A DNA stretch of 56,382 nt. Source: Chloroflexota bacterium. GTDB lineage: Bacteria > Chloroflexota > Anaerolineae > Anaerolineales > Villigracilaceae. The stretch covers positions 1-56,382 of the forward strand of contig JBFYRY010000003.1 in the NCBI GenBank assembly GCA_041302025.1. The letters are read 5' to 3'. The notes below the pieces were generated by a model. That model was not told where the DNA came from, searched no databases, and was given only the letters and a program-made list of their open reading frames with translations. Positions 1-9,458 of the stretch are shown piece by piece (position 1 is the first letter of the stretch; each line of letters starts with the position of its first letter). A program made the translations under genes and the position numbers.

Positions 1-594
1 GTAGATGCCAGCAATGTGGGACATGTAGAACATGGGCTTGTGACCGTTTTGCCCACTGACTTTCTTGTAAGTCTCACAAATGGAAATGAACTGGCTGACG
101 CCGAATATCTCAGTCGCATTGATCGGGATGTCCTCTGTGACCATGGTCTCCATGGCTTTCATCCCTGACGTGGTGGTGGGTATCTTGCAACAAATATTGG
201 GGGCAACCACACGGTTCGCGCGCGCGCCGCGAATGACCGCATCCGGGTCATTCTCATTGATCGGGTCACCCTGAATGCTGACGTAGCCGTGCTGTCCGTT
301 GCTCTTTTCGAACAGCGGCATGAACTTCTCAGCGATGGGTTTGACCATCTTGCGTTGGAATACCTCCGCTGTTTCCCAGTCATCGTCGCACTCCTTGATC
401 GATTCGTCGAGCAATTTCAGAGCATATTCGCCTTCTTCGGGATGGTCGATCATCTTCTGGGTGTAGGATGGATTGTTGGTACATCCCAACGCCCCGTTCT
501 CCAGCGCCATGTCTGCGTGCCTGCGCGTCGGATTGTTAATCCAGAACATGGTGGGGGATTGTTCAGTCACACGAACAAAATATGGCTTGTTCAT
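1..594 (-). CDS. Transaldolase/fructose-6-phosphate aldolase family protein (3' end beyond the left edge)
   Basis: Not in the ORF track. Manual translation from ATG 594 stays open to base 1: MNKPYFVRVTEQSPTMFWINNPT...GCTNNPS...GYVSIQGDP...CCKIPTT..G...IPINATEIF. Contains TxNP, Schiff-base KIP and NxT motifs. SD AAGGAG upstream. Confidence 0.8.
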   Translation of the reverse strand, partial: MNKPYFVRVTEQSPTMFWINNPTRRHADMALENGALGCTNNPSYTQKMIDHPEEGEYALKLLDESIKECDDDWETAEVFQRKMVKPIAEKFMPLFEKSNGQHGYVSIQGDPINENDPDAVIRGARANRVVAPNICCKIPTTTSGMKAMETMVTEDIPINATEIFGVSQFISICETYKKVSGQNGHKPMFYMSHIAGIY

Positions 595-605
595 TCTGTC
601 TCCTT

Positions 606-1568
606 CTATAGAATGGTTTTTTGTAAAGCGTCCAGCGCATCCACGGGATCGCCTTCTCTGATGATTCGGCGTAGTTCTTCGCGCCCGACCTTTTCCACCA
701 CCTTCTGCGCCCAAACGATACTGCGATAGGTGGATGAGAATGTCTTTACACGATCGATGCGGAAGGGTGCAACATCGGATGTGAGCCAACCGTCATAGCC
801 GAGTTCATCGAGATAGAACACCAGTTCCACCCAGTCCCAGGTGTTGATCGAGCCGGGGATCATATCCCAATCCCAGTTGCGGTAATTGTCGTTGACATGC
901 ACCAGGAAGAGCTTGCCCGCCTGTGCCAGCAAACTTGCCGCCCAGGCAGTCCCCTCGCCCGCCAATAGCGCATGACCCGTGTCCATCGTCGCGCCCACGT
1001 TGGGCATGTTGACCTGTAAGCAGGCGGCAAGCGTTGTCCCTGCATTGGGGATGATGACCTTATGTCGGGGTTCAGATTGTTTATATTCGAGGCAGACCCG
1101 CACATCGGTCCGGTAGGAAGCGGCTTCACCGACGCCGTCAATAAACCATTTCCATGCCTTTGGGTAATCCGCTTCAAAGGCATAGTCATATCCATCCGAA
1201 AGCGGACAGCATGTGATCATATTCGTGCCAAGCTCCGCTGAAATGTCCATCGAAGTTTTGAAGTATTGCACCGCCTCTTTACGGATGTCTTCATCCTTGT
1301 GTGTCAGTCCGCCGAGATGGAACTTCGGTTCCGCCTTGATGTTCACATTGACTGTGGAACACTCAAGGTTGTATTTCTTCAACAGATCTTTTGTGACCAC
1401 CACATTTTCAAAATCGAAGGGATACACCAATTCAAGTCCTTGTATGCCTTCGACCTTCGATGCAACTTCGAATTTTGCGGCAATGTCGCGTTGCTCGCCG
1501 TAACTGGAAAAACGATCGTTGAGTTTTCCCAGAAAACCCAGGATGACTGAGAACTTATGATGTGACAT
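606..1568 (-). CDS. Sugar isomerase/epimerase, xylose-isomerase-like TIM barrel
   Basis: Metal-ligand motifs LEYKxxEPR, MDTGH, HVNDN..WDWD; lies in a sugar ABC operon. Confidence 0.85.
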   Translation of the reverse strand: MSHHKFSVILGFLGKLNDRFSSYGEQRDIAAKFEVASKVEGIQGLELVYPFDFENVVVTKDLLKKYNLECSTVNVNIKAEPKFHLGGLTHKDEDIRKEAVQYFKTSMDISAELGTNMITCCPLSDGYDYAFEADYPKAWKWFIDGVGEAASYRTDVRVCLEYKQSEPRHKVIIPNAGTTLAACLQVNMPNVGATMDTGHALLAGEGTAWAASLLAQAGKLFLVHVNDNYRNWDWDMIPGSINTWDWVELVFYLDELGYDGWLTSDVAPFRIDRVKTFSSTYRSIVWAQKVVEKVGREELRRIIREGDPVDALDALQKTIL

Positions 1569-1636
1569 GTTGAAACAGCCCTTTCAAATATATGGATGAT
1601 TCGCTTCGCGCTTAACCGATGGCTGGTCCTGTCCGA

Positions 1637-2488
1637 TCAGCCTTTGACTGCCCCCGCAGTCATACCTTTGACATAATACTCAAGGAAGAAGGAATATAGA
1701 ATTGCGATTGGAACAGACCCAAGCAACGCCGCCGCCATGAGCGAACCCCAGAAATAAACATCCGCGAGTACCAACTGGCTGACGATGGCGACAGGCAGGG
1801 TCTTGATCGCTTCGGTCTGAGCCAGCGTGAGGGCGTAGACAAACTCATTCCACGAAAGGGTAAAAGCAAACAGCGCCGCAGATATGATGCCGGGCATCAT
1901 GATCGGCAGGATGACCATTCGCAGTGCTTGCAGGCGCGTGGCTCCGTCCACCATGGCACTTTCTTCAAGTTCCTTGGGGATCCCTTTGAAATATCCCATC
2001 AATAGCCATGTGCAGAAGGGAATCAGGAAGGTGGGGTAGGTGATCATCAGTGCGACCTGCTTGTCGAACAAGCCCAGGCTTCGGATGACGTATGCCAACG
2101 GCAGGAAGATAAGCGTAGTGGGCACAAGGTACGTGATAAATATGGTAAGTCCGAGAGTCCGCGAGCCCCGAAAGCGAAGACGTGCCAGAGAATAAGCCGC
2201 AAGGGTGCCGATTACAATGGACGCGGCGGTCGAAACGGTTGCCACCAGCGCGCTATTCTTTAACCACAATAAAAACCGCGTATTCTCAATCAGGTAGACG
2301 TAATGCTCAAGTGTCGGTTTCAATAATTGCATGGGCGGTTGCGCCATATCATACAGTTCCGAATCGGGTTTGATGGAAGTGATGAACATCCAGTAGAACG
2401 GGAACAACAGGATGACAATAAAGAATAACAACCCGATGGTAACAACGATCCCTTTTGTGATCTTGCGAATGCGGAGGCTGGATTGCAT
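1637..2488 (-). CDS. Carbohydrate ABC transporter permease (MalG-type)
   Basis: EAA loop (ELEESAMVDGA), six hydrophobic segments, C-terminal GAVKG. Confidence 0.95.
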   Translation of the reverse strand: MQSSLRIRKITKGIVVTIGLLFFIVILLFPFYWMFITSIKPDSELYDMAQPPMQLLKPTLEHYVYLIENTRFLLWLKNSALVATVSTAASIVIGTLAAYSLARLRFRGSRTLGLTIFITYLVPTTLIFLPLAYVIRSLGLFDKQVALMITYPTFLIPFCTWLLMGYFKGIPKELEESAMVDGATRLQALRMVILPIMMPGIISAALFAFTLSWNEFVYALTLAQTEAIKTLPVAIVSQLVLADVYFWGSLMAAALLGSVPIAILYSFFLEYYVKGMTAGAVKG

Positions 2489-2503
2489 GATCGGTCTCTG
2501 CTC

Positions 2504-3436
2504 CTAGTCCTGTTTCTGGAGATAACGTAACTGAAGCACCACAGCAATCACAAGGATCGGGAACATAAAGAGGGAAACTGCTGCGCCTTCGCCTAATCTG
2601 CCAGCCAGAATGGCAGTTTGATGAGTGAGTGTGGCAAACAAGTGGGTGCTGTTGACTGGACCGCCGCGGGTGAGAACATAAACGATCTGGAAATCTGCAA
2701 AGGTTTGGACGATCGAGAACAGGGTTACTACGGCGGTTACAGGCATCAATAAAGGAAACGTTACATTCCAGAATTTACTCCATGAACTTGCTCCATCAAT
2801 ATCGGCGGCTTCGTAGAGTTCCTGCGGAATAGATTGAAGACCCGCCAGCAGGGAGATGCCGAAAAACGGAATCCCGCGCCAGATGTTGACCAGTTGCACG
2901 GAGAACATGGCAGTGGCTGGGGTGCCGAGCCAGATAATTTTCTCCTGAATCAGCCCCCAGTCCAGAAGGAAGCGGTTGAGAATGCTGAACTGCGAGTCGA
3001 ACATCCATAAGAATCCCAATGCGCTTAATGATGTCGGCACGATCCAGGGGAGCAGTAGTATCCCGCGGAAAAAATTCTTGAATATCTTGACTTCATCCAA
3101 TACCAATGCCATGAGCAGTCCCAGTACCAGTTTGAAAAAGACTGATACCAGGGCGTAATTGAAGGTGTTGATGGTTGTGCGTTGGAAGATGCTGTCTTTG
3201 AATAATTTCGTAAAGTTTGCGAACCAGATGAAATTGCCCGTGTCGGACCGTGCGATCATCTTGTCGGTCATCGAGAGCCAGATCGCAACGCAGAACGGGT
3301 ATGCGATCAGCAGCAACAGGATCAACACCGCAGGAGCAACGAGCGCTGGTCCAAGTATTTTTTCCTGGTTAAACCATTGGCTGAATTGCTCAAACCTTGA
3401 TTGACGCTTTCCAGAAATTTCGGCAGTTTGTGTCAT
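2504..3436 (-). CDS. Carbohydrate ABC transporter permease (MalF-type)
   Basis: LQSIPQELYEAADIDGAS EAA motif, TRGGP motif. Confidence 0.95.
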   Translation of the reverse strand: MTQTAEISGKRQSRFEQFSQWFNQEKILGPALVAPAVLILLLLIAYPFCVAIWLSMTDKMIARSDTGNFIWFANFTKLFKDSIFQRTTINTFNYALVSVFFKLVLGLLMALVLDEVKIFKNFFRGILLLPWIVPTSLSALGFLWMFDSQFSILNRFLLDWGLIQEKIIWLGTPATAMFSVQLVNIWRGIPFFGISLLAGLQSIPQELYEAADIDGASSWSKFWNVTFPLLMPVTAVVTLFSIVQTFADFQIVYVLTRGGPVNSTHLFATLTHQTAILAGRLGEGAAVSLFMFPILVIAVVLQLRYLQKQD

Positions 3437-3461
3437 GCGTTTCTCGGAGCGTGCTGGGTGA

Positions 3462-3495
3462 CGGGATTGCGGCAGGCAAGTTTACCGCAATCCCG
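3462..3495 (-). terminator. Intercistronic stem-loop after the solute-binding protein gene
   Basis: 11-bp perfect stem CGGGATTGCGG/CCGCAATCCCG with no U-tract; likely an mRNA stabiliser or partial terminator. Confidence 0.55.
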
Positions 3496-3509
3496 CGTTG
3501 TTTCATCAA

Positions 3510-4979
3510 TTAAGACTTATAGCTGTCTTCGAGCAAGGCTTTGGCTGTTTTGATTGCATCTTCAATGGATGCCATGCCGCCACAAACACTGGCGAACATA
3601 TCCACAACAACCCATTTGGCATAGGCGTCGGTGCCACTGCGGAAGTTGGTGCTTGGGTATCCGGGCAGATGGGAGGTCGAGGCGTATTCTTTGAAGGGAG
3701 CCAGTTTGGCGGTGGTGTTCCACGGCATCAGCAGGTCGTTTTCAACGCCTTTGAGGGTTGGGAAGACAAAACCCAAGTTGGGGTTCACCCACGGAGTCAG
3801 TTGTTCTCTCTCGTTGAGGTAGGTGAGCAGGGCTTTGGCTGCATCGATATTCTTCGAGTAGGAGAAGACTGCGGACGACATGAACTCGGCGTACGTTATG
3901 CGTCCAGCGGGACCTTCGGGGTAGACAAAGTGACCCGTGACTTCGTGCAGGTTCTTTTCGACTTCCTTTCCATCCGCATCCTTGGTCTTGTACTTGGTTC
4001 CCTGGTTACGGGCGGCGCCCCAAATGGTGGATGCGTTGTTGGTCGCCGAGATGGCGCTGGCGAGGAAAGCACGGTTATTGGACGCATCATCGTAGGAGAG
4101 GGTGTCGGCGGGCATTACGGAGAACAGCCTCTGCATGTATTCGAGCGCGGCGCGGGTTTCAGCGGAGTCGATGGTGACTGTCTTGCCGTCAGCGGCTACA
4201 TCTGATGCGCCATGCGACCAGAGTACCGAGTAATTGAAGTCATTCCCATCGCCAACGGCGTGCCCAAGCGGGAATGCAATCGGCGCAAGACCCGCTTCCT
4301 TCAACGCCTTGCCGACCTCGTAGAGCTCTTCCCAGGTCTTGGGTGGTTCCTTCGCGCCGACTTGCTCGAACAGGTCGGTACGGTAGGAAATTGCGTGCGG
4401 GGCAAAGAATCGCGGCACAGACAGCCATTTGCCATTCACCTTGCAGGCTTCTTCTGCGGCGGTATAGAAGCCATCGTAGCGTGCAGCGAGATCGTCGCAT
4501 ACAGCGCTCATGTCAGCCAGTTTCTCGGCAAACAGGTGCGCTGAGCCCTGGTTGATTTCGATGATATCGGGACCAGCTCCGGTCTCGGCGGCTGTGGCTG
4601 CGATGGTCTGCAGGTCGTTCATGGAGACAATGTCAACTTCAACGGGGATGTTGTTCTTCGCGCCCCAATCTTCGACGATTACCTTGAGGATTTCGTTGCC
4701 CTGCGGCATGAAAGCCGCGCGCAACTTCATTGTCAGTTTGCCTTCGACACTCAAGGGTTTTGCCACGGTTTCGGTTGCGGCGGCAACAGCCTCGGTCGCG
4801 GCGGGAACGGCTGTTGGAGCGGGAGCGACGGCTGTGACAGCAGATTCGGGAGCGCACGACGCCAGCACACCGCCTATTGCGGTTGCCGATGCGCCCGTGG
4901 CAAGCATTAATTTGATGAAATCGCGGCGGGACAGTTTTCCATCCTGAAGCCGCTTGGTAAGGTCTTTTCTTTCTTTCAT
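3510..4979 (-). CDS. ABC sugar-binding lipoprotein with Tat signal
   Basis: Start moved to ATG 4979 (SD GGAGGAG). SRRDFIK twin-arginine motif, LASC lipobox, Ala/Pro/Thr linker, PDII and PKTWEEL motifs. Confidence 0.9.
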   Translation of the reverse strand: MKERKDLTKRLQDGKLSRRDFIKLMLATGASATAIGGVLASCAPESAVTAVAPAPTAVPAATEAVAAATETVAKPLSVEGKLTMKLRAAFMPQGNEILKVIVEDWGAKNNIPVEVDIVSMNDLQTIAATAAETGAGPDIIEINQGSAHLFAEKLADMSAVCDDLAARYDGFYTAAEEACKVNGKWLSVPRFFAPHAISYRTDLFEQVGAKEPPKTWEELYEVGKALKEAGLAPIAFPLGHAVGDGNDFNYSVLWSHGASDVAADGKTVTIDSAETRAALEYMQRLFSVMPADTLSYDDASNNRAFLASAISATNNASTIWGAARNQGTKYKTKDADGKEVEKNLHEVTGHFVYPEGPAGRITYAEFMSSAVFSYSKNIDAAKALLTYLNEREQLTPWVNPNLGFVFPTLKGVENDLLMPWNTTAKLAPFKEYASTSHLPGYPSTNFRSGTDAYAKWVVVDMFASVCGGMASIEDAIKTAKALLEDSYKS

Positions 4980-5060
4980 GGGATTACTCCTCCAATATAG
5001 ATTTGTGTGTTGAAACGGTTGATTCAATAGCGGTAATAATTGTTGCCTGAACACCTCCTC

Positions 5061-5750
5061 CTATTGAGTGGTTTCAAAAATGATTCCCAAAGTCTGACTG
5101 CACTCAGTTGCCACTCTTTCACTGATCTGCAGTGTAATTGAAACAGCAGCATTAATATCGTTCCGCTCGATGGCGTTTAAAATTTTCGTGTGATCCTTCA
5201 CAACCGTCTCTGGGGTGTAATCGGACATTTTCCGAAATCGGATATTCAATAGCATCTGGCATTGTGCATGTTGCTCGTACCAGGACTTCAATAAGCGCGA
5301 ATGCCCAGCCTTGATGCAAATGTATTCATGGAACCGCATGTCCAAACGGGCAAGTTCTTCGTAATTCTTCTGCTTAGCGGCATTTTCCTGATTGGATATG
5401 AGATCACGAAGTTCCTGAATGTCAGTTGACGTCATTTTAGGAATTGCCCATTCGAAGGACATACATTCCAAATTGGCGCGCAGGCTGAAGACCTCATGCA
5501 CATCCTTCTCGGTAAACTTTATGACAAAAACGCCCCGATTCGGCTGGCGGATTACAAGTCCTTCTTGCTCCAGCTTCCTCAGGGCTTCACGAATGGGGAT
5601 GCGGCTAACTGCCATCTGCTTCGCGATTTCGGTCTCATTCAGATGCGACCCCAGGTCAACCTGACCATTGATAATTGCATTCCTTAGTTTCTGCACGATT
5701 TCATCTTCTACGTTTTGTTGTGTGATTTGACCAAATAGGGGAGTATCCAT
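5061..5750 (-). CDS. GntR family (FadR/FCD) transcriptional regulator
   Basis: Winged HTH (VSRIPIREALRKLEQEGLV) and FCD motif (DMRFH). Start ATG 5750 with AAGGTG upstream. Confidence 0.93.
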   Translation of the reverse strand: MDTPLFGQITQQNVEDEIVQKLRNAIINGQVDLGSHLNETEIAKQMAVSRIPIREALRKLEQEGLVIRQPNRGVFVIKFTEKDVHEVFSLRANLECMSFEWAIPKMTSTDIQELRDLISNQENAAKQKNYEELARLDMRFHEYICIKAGHSRLLKSWYEQHAQCQMLLNIRFRKMSDYTPETVVKDHTKILNAIERNDINAAVSITLQISERVATECSQTLGIIFETTQ

Positions 5751-5766
5751 ATAGCACCTTTTCAGA

Positions 5767-5793
5767 TTGTATACAGTATATAGTATACAGTAT
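5767..5793. promoter_or_regulatory. Putative GntR operator (tandem GTATACAGTAT)
   Basis: GTATACAGTAT at 5769-5779 and 5783-5793, each with a palindromic GTATAC core, just upstream of gntR. Confidence 0.65.
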
Positions 5794-5904
5794 TTTGATC
5801 TATTTTCAAGTGACAAATGTCATTTTTCCCGGAAAATTGAAAAAAAACAGGATGTCCCCCAAATAATCTTCCAATCCGGAGTCATGGAACTGCTGATTTA
5901 CATG

Positions 5905-5934
5905 AAAAAGCCAACCCATTCAAGGAGTTGGCTT
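5905..5934 (-). terminator. Rho-independent terminator after yifB/comM
   Basis: AAGCCAAC/GTTGGCTT stem followed by a T-run on the minus strand. Confidence 0.55.
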
Positions 5935-5985
5935 ATTGTTTTGGCTATATTTTGTGGCTATTCATATCGAGATGACCGACTGGAA

Positions 5986-7515
5986 CTACCCTATCATGAT
6001 CTTCGGACGGTACTGCAACGCCTCCGCCAAATGCGCGGACTCGATCTCCTCACTCCCCGCCAGATCCGCGATCGTACGTGCCAGTTTCAGGATGCGGTGA
6101 TAAGCACGCGCCGACAGATTAAGTTGACTCATAGCCGCCCGCATCAAACTCTGACCTTCATCCTGTAGCTTGCAAAACTGCCGTATCTCCCCGACGCGCA
6201 TGTCGGCGTTGCAAATAATGTCGGACTGCGAACTGGCAAAGCGTTGTTGTTGAATATTCCGCGCCGTCTGCACCCGCTTGCGAATCGACTCACTGGTCTC
6301 CCCCATTCGATCCCCACTTAGCTTTTCGTAATCAACCCTTGGAACTTCGATATGAATATCAATTCTGTCCAACAATGGACCGGAGATCCGCTTTTGATAT
6401 TTGGTCACCATCGCGTGCGCACAGGTGCAGGGCTTTTGCGTATCCCCGTAGAATCCACACGGGCAGGGGTTCATCGCGGCAATGAGTTGGAAGTTGGCAG
6501 AAAAAGTTAACGACCCTTTAGCGCGGCTGATGGTGACGACTTTATCTTCCATGGGTTGGCGCATCACTTCGAGGACGCGCGTGCCGAATTCAGGGAATTC
6601 GTCCAAAAACAAAACACCCCTGTGAGCCAGCGATATTTCACCAGGCTTGGGAATGTTGCCGCCGCCGACAAGCCCTGCATGCGAGATCGTATGATGTGGC
6701 GCGCGAAAGGGACGGTGCTTGATGAGCGGGGTCCCTGCGGGGAGTTGGTCGGCAACCGAGTAGATGCGGGTCACATCCAGCGATTCTTCGATGCTCATCT
6801 CCGGCAGGATGCCGGGCATGGCGCGGGCAAGTAATGTTTTACCGGAGCCAGGGGATCCCACCATAAGAACATTGTGTCCCCCGGCGGCGGCTACTTCGAG
6901 CGCTCGCTTAACGTGTTCCTGTCCCTTGACCTCGCTGAAATCGGTTGGAATGAAGAGCGGTTCGAGTTCATCCGCGCTGGAGGGTTGGTAGGGTTCGATT
7001 AAACGGCGACCAGATAGATGCTCGTAGAGATCCGCAAGCGTTTTGACGGGATACACTTTCAGGTCCGGGATCAAAGCCGCTTCGCCCGCATCCGCTTCGG
7101 GGACGAACATCCGCTTGTATCCATTGGCGCGCGCGGTTGCCGCCATCGGCAGGACTCCGCGTGTGTGACGGACCACGCCATCGAGCGAAAGCTCACCAAG
7201 GACGAGAGTGTTATCAACAACATCATGCGGGAGATGACCTGCAAGGATTATGACACCAAGCGCGATGGGAAGATCGTAGGCAGGTCCCTCTTTGCGGACA
7301 GCGGCCGGCGCAAGATTGACAACAATGCGATGACGGGGGAAATGCAAACCGGCATTCTTGACCGCGGTCTGCACACGCTCGCGGCTTTCCTGCACAGCAG
7401 TATCAGGCAAACCGACAATGGTCATACCGGGCAAGCCGTTGGTGTAATCCACTTCGACTTCGATGACAACGCCTTCAAGACCAATGACCGCACAGGAGAA
7501 AACTCGGGCAAGCAT
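5986..7515 (-). CDS. comM: YifB/ComM family Mg-chelatase-like AAA+ ATPase
   Basis: Start MLARVFS (7515). IVGLPDTAVQESRERV, Walker A GSPGSGKT, FRAPHHT, LFLDEFPEF, MNPCPCG, LSARAYHRILK. Confidence 0.93.
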   Translation of the reverse strand: MLARVFSCAVIGLEGVVIEVEVDYTNGLPGMTIVGLPDTAVQESRERVQTAVKNAGLHFPRHRIVVNLAPAAVRKEGPAYDLPIALGVIILAGHLPHDVVDNTLVLGELSLDGVVRHTRGVLPMAATARANGYKRMFVPEADAGEAALIPDLKVYPVKTLADLYEHLSGRRLIEPYQPSSADELEPLFIPTDFSEVKGQEHVKRALEVAAAGGHNVLMVGSPGSGKTLLARAMPGILPEMSIEESLDVTRIYSVADQLPAGTPLIKHRPFRAPHHTISHAGLVGGGNIPKPGEISLAHRGVLFLDEFPEFGTRVLEVMRQPMEDKVVTISRAKGSLTFSANFQLIAAMNPCPCGFYGDTQKPCTCAHAMVTKYQKRISGPLLDRIDIHIEVPRVDYEKLSGDRMGETSESIRKRVQTARNIQQQRFASSQSDIICNADMRVGEIRQFCKLQDEGQSLMRAAMSQLNLSARAYHRILKLARTIADLAGSEEIESAHLAEALQYRPKIMIG

Positions 7516-7548
7516 GGTGAAAGTGTAGACGAGGAGGAATGAAAAGTC

Positions 7549-7583
7549 AAACAAAAAGGCTCCGCTGGAGCCTCTTTGTTTTT
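7549..7583. terminator. Rho-independent terminator of the second ABC operon
   Basis: AAACAAAAAGGCTCC-gct-GGAGCCTCTTTGTTT hairpin with A/T tails on both sides. Confidence 0.8.
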
Positions 7584-7594
7584 GGGATGTAAAG

Positions 7595-8434
7595 TTATCC
7601 CTTGAGCGAACCAGCCAATAGCCCGCGCAGGAAGTATTGACCCAGGAAAATGTACACCAATAGCGTTGGCAACGCGGCAAGGAACGAGCCTGCCATTTGT
7701 ACATTCCACGAGATGATCTGACTGCCTGCCATATTATTCAACGCCACCGTGATGGGCCACGAGCGATTGCCTGTGAGCACCACGGCAAAGAGGAAATCAT
7801 TCCACGCGGAGGTGAATTGCCAGATGAGCACCACAACAAAACTTGGGATGGAGATCGGTAAAAGGATGTGGCGATAAATGCCCAGCATATCTGCGCCGTC
7901 GATCTTGGCGGCTTCGAGCAATTCCTGCGGCAGGCTGGCATAGTAGTTGCGGAAGGTGAGCGTGGTGATCGGAATGCCGTAAATGATGTGCGCAATGACC
8001 AAAGCCGGGATGCCCGCCAACCCGATCGGTTTCAATATGTTGAAAACAAAGACAACCAGGGGAATTAGAATGGACTGGTAGGGGATGAACATGCCGAACA
8101 GGATGAACGGGAAGATGAAATCGGCGCCGCGGAACTTCCACTTGGCGAGAATGAATCCATTTAACGAGCCAAGCATGGATGAAATGATCGCGGCGGGAAT
8201 CACCATCATGAAGCTGTTCCATAACGAAGGCGACAGTTGCGAGAAGGCTTCAATGTAATTGTCCAGGTGGATCCCTTTTGGCAAATTCCACATGGTCTGC
8301 AGGTCGATTTCAGCAAAACTTTTGAAACCGGTCACGAGCATCACGTACATTGGGGTGAGATAAAAGATCGCCATCGCGACCAGCGGGATATATAACCAAT
8401 TTTTACCAAGACGAAGTTTCGCGGAGCGTTTCAT
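7595..8434 (-). CDS. Carbohydrate ABC transporter permease (glucose/mannose type)
   Basis: Start ATG 8434 overlaps the upstream stop (ATGA). ELLEAAKIDGA, WNDFLF, GSLKG. Confidence 0.93.
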   Translation of the reverse strand: MKRSAKLRLGKNWLYIPLVAMAIFYLTPMYVMLVTGFKSFAEIDLQTMWNLPKGIHLDNYIEAFSQLSPSLWNSFMMVIPAAIISSMLGSLNGFILAKWKFRGADFIFPFILFGMFIPYQSILIPLVVFVFNILKPIGLAGIPALVIAHIIYGIPITTLTFRNYYASLPQELLEAAKIDGADMLGIYRHILLPISIPSFVVVLIWQFTSAWNDFLFAVVLTGNRSWPITVALNNMAGSQIISWNVQMAGSFLAALPTLLVYIFLGQYFLRGLLAGSLKG

Positions 8435-9318
8435 TGTTGCGCCTCCGACTTGAGAGTGAATCGAATGTAGGGAATGATGAGGACTGCAACACTGATCAAC
8501 AACAAAATACCTATTGCCGCGCCGCGCCCGTAGAAGAGACCATCGAAAGTAGTCTGCCACATGTAGATGGCGGGCACGTCGAGCGGTAACTGCTTCCCTG
8601 CCACAGCGATGATAAGATCGAACACTTTGAGGGACATGTGACCGAGGATGATCAACGCGCTCAAAGTGACCGGTGAAAGCAACGGCAGAATGATATGACG
8701 ATAGATCTGGAGCTCACTCGCGCCATCGATCCGCGCAGCTTCGCGCAACTCGTCCGGGACGGAGCGCAGACCCGCCAGATAGATCGCCATCGTGTACCCG
8801 GACATCTGCCAGATGGCGGCGAGGGCAATGGCGGCGATGCCCCAGGTCTCGGTGGTGTGCCATTTATTGATGAGGAAATCCAGATTGAGATAGGAGAACA
8901 GTAGATTGAAACCGCTCAAACGATCCCCCTCGGCGGGGTTCATCAACCAGCGCCAGACCACGCCCGTCACGATGTAAGAGATCGCCATCGGGAATAAGAA
9001 CAAACTGCGGAAGAAACTCTCCCCTTTCAGACCCTGGTCCAGCATTACTGCCAGAAAAAATCCGAGCAGGATGCTTCCGATCACAAAGACGCCGGTGAAG
9101 ATCATGGTATTCCGCACGTCCACCATAAAACGTGGATCGGAGAACAAGCCGATGTAATTTTTTAATGCAACCCAGGTGTAATCTGCACTGAGCCCCTTCC
9201 ATGCGCTGAGAGAGACGCGTGCCGACCAGGCAATGAAGCCGTAGACAAAGATCAAAACTGCAAGAATGGACGGGGAAATAAGAATAATGGAAAGATAGCG
9301 GTCTTTGTCTCTAAGCAT
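8431..9318 (-). CDS. Carbohydrate ABC transporter permease (glucose/mannose type)
   Basis: ELREAARIDGAS EAA loop; FLFPMAIS..VTGVVWRW. Confidence 0.95.
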   Translation of the reverse strand: MLRDKDRYLSIILISPSILAVLIFVYGFIAWSARVSLSAWKGLSADYTWVALKNYIGLFSDPRFMVDVRNTMIFTGVFVIGSILLGFFLAVMLDQGLKGESFFRSLFLFPMAISYIVTGVVWRWLMNPAEGDRLSGFNLLFSYLNLDFLINKWHTTETWGIAAIALAAIWQMSGYTMAIYLAGLRSVPDELREAARIDGASELQIYRHIILPLLSPVTLSALIILGHMSLKVFDLIIAVAGKQLPLDVPAIYMWQTTFDGLFYGRGAAIGILLLISVAVLIIPYIRFTLKSEAQQ

Positions 9319-9338
9319 TACGAGCCTCTTTTATGCAC

Positions 9339-9388
9339 CGTCCCGAAGGTTTGAACGAAAAGTTTTTTTCCAGGAACCCTTCGGGACG
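9339..9388. repeat. REP-like palindrome (CGAAGGTTT...CCTTCG family)
   Basis: CGTCCCGAAGG...CCTTCGGGACG. The first 16 nt recur exactly at 56346-56361; related palindrome at 42285-42317. Confidence 0.6.
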
Positions 9389-9412
9389 TTTATACAGGTT
9401 GAGCAAAATTTT

Positions 9413-9441
9413 GAGGCTCCGCCGAACCTCGACGGAGCCTC
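9413..9441 (-). terminator. Stem-loop downstream of the binding-protein gene
   Basis: GAGGCTCCG/CGGAGCCTC 9-bp stem. Confidence 0.55.
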
Positions 9442-9458
9442 TTTATTTTACCCAGTTT

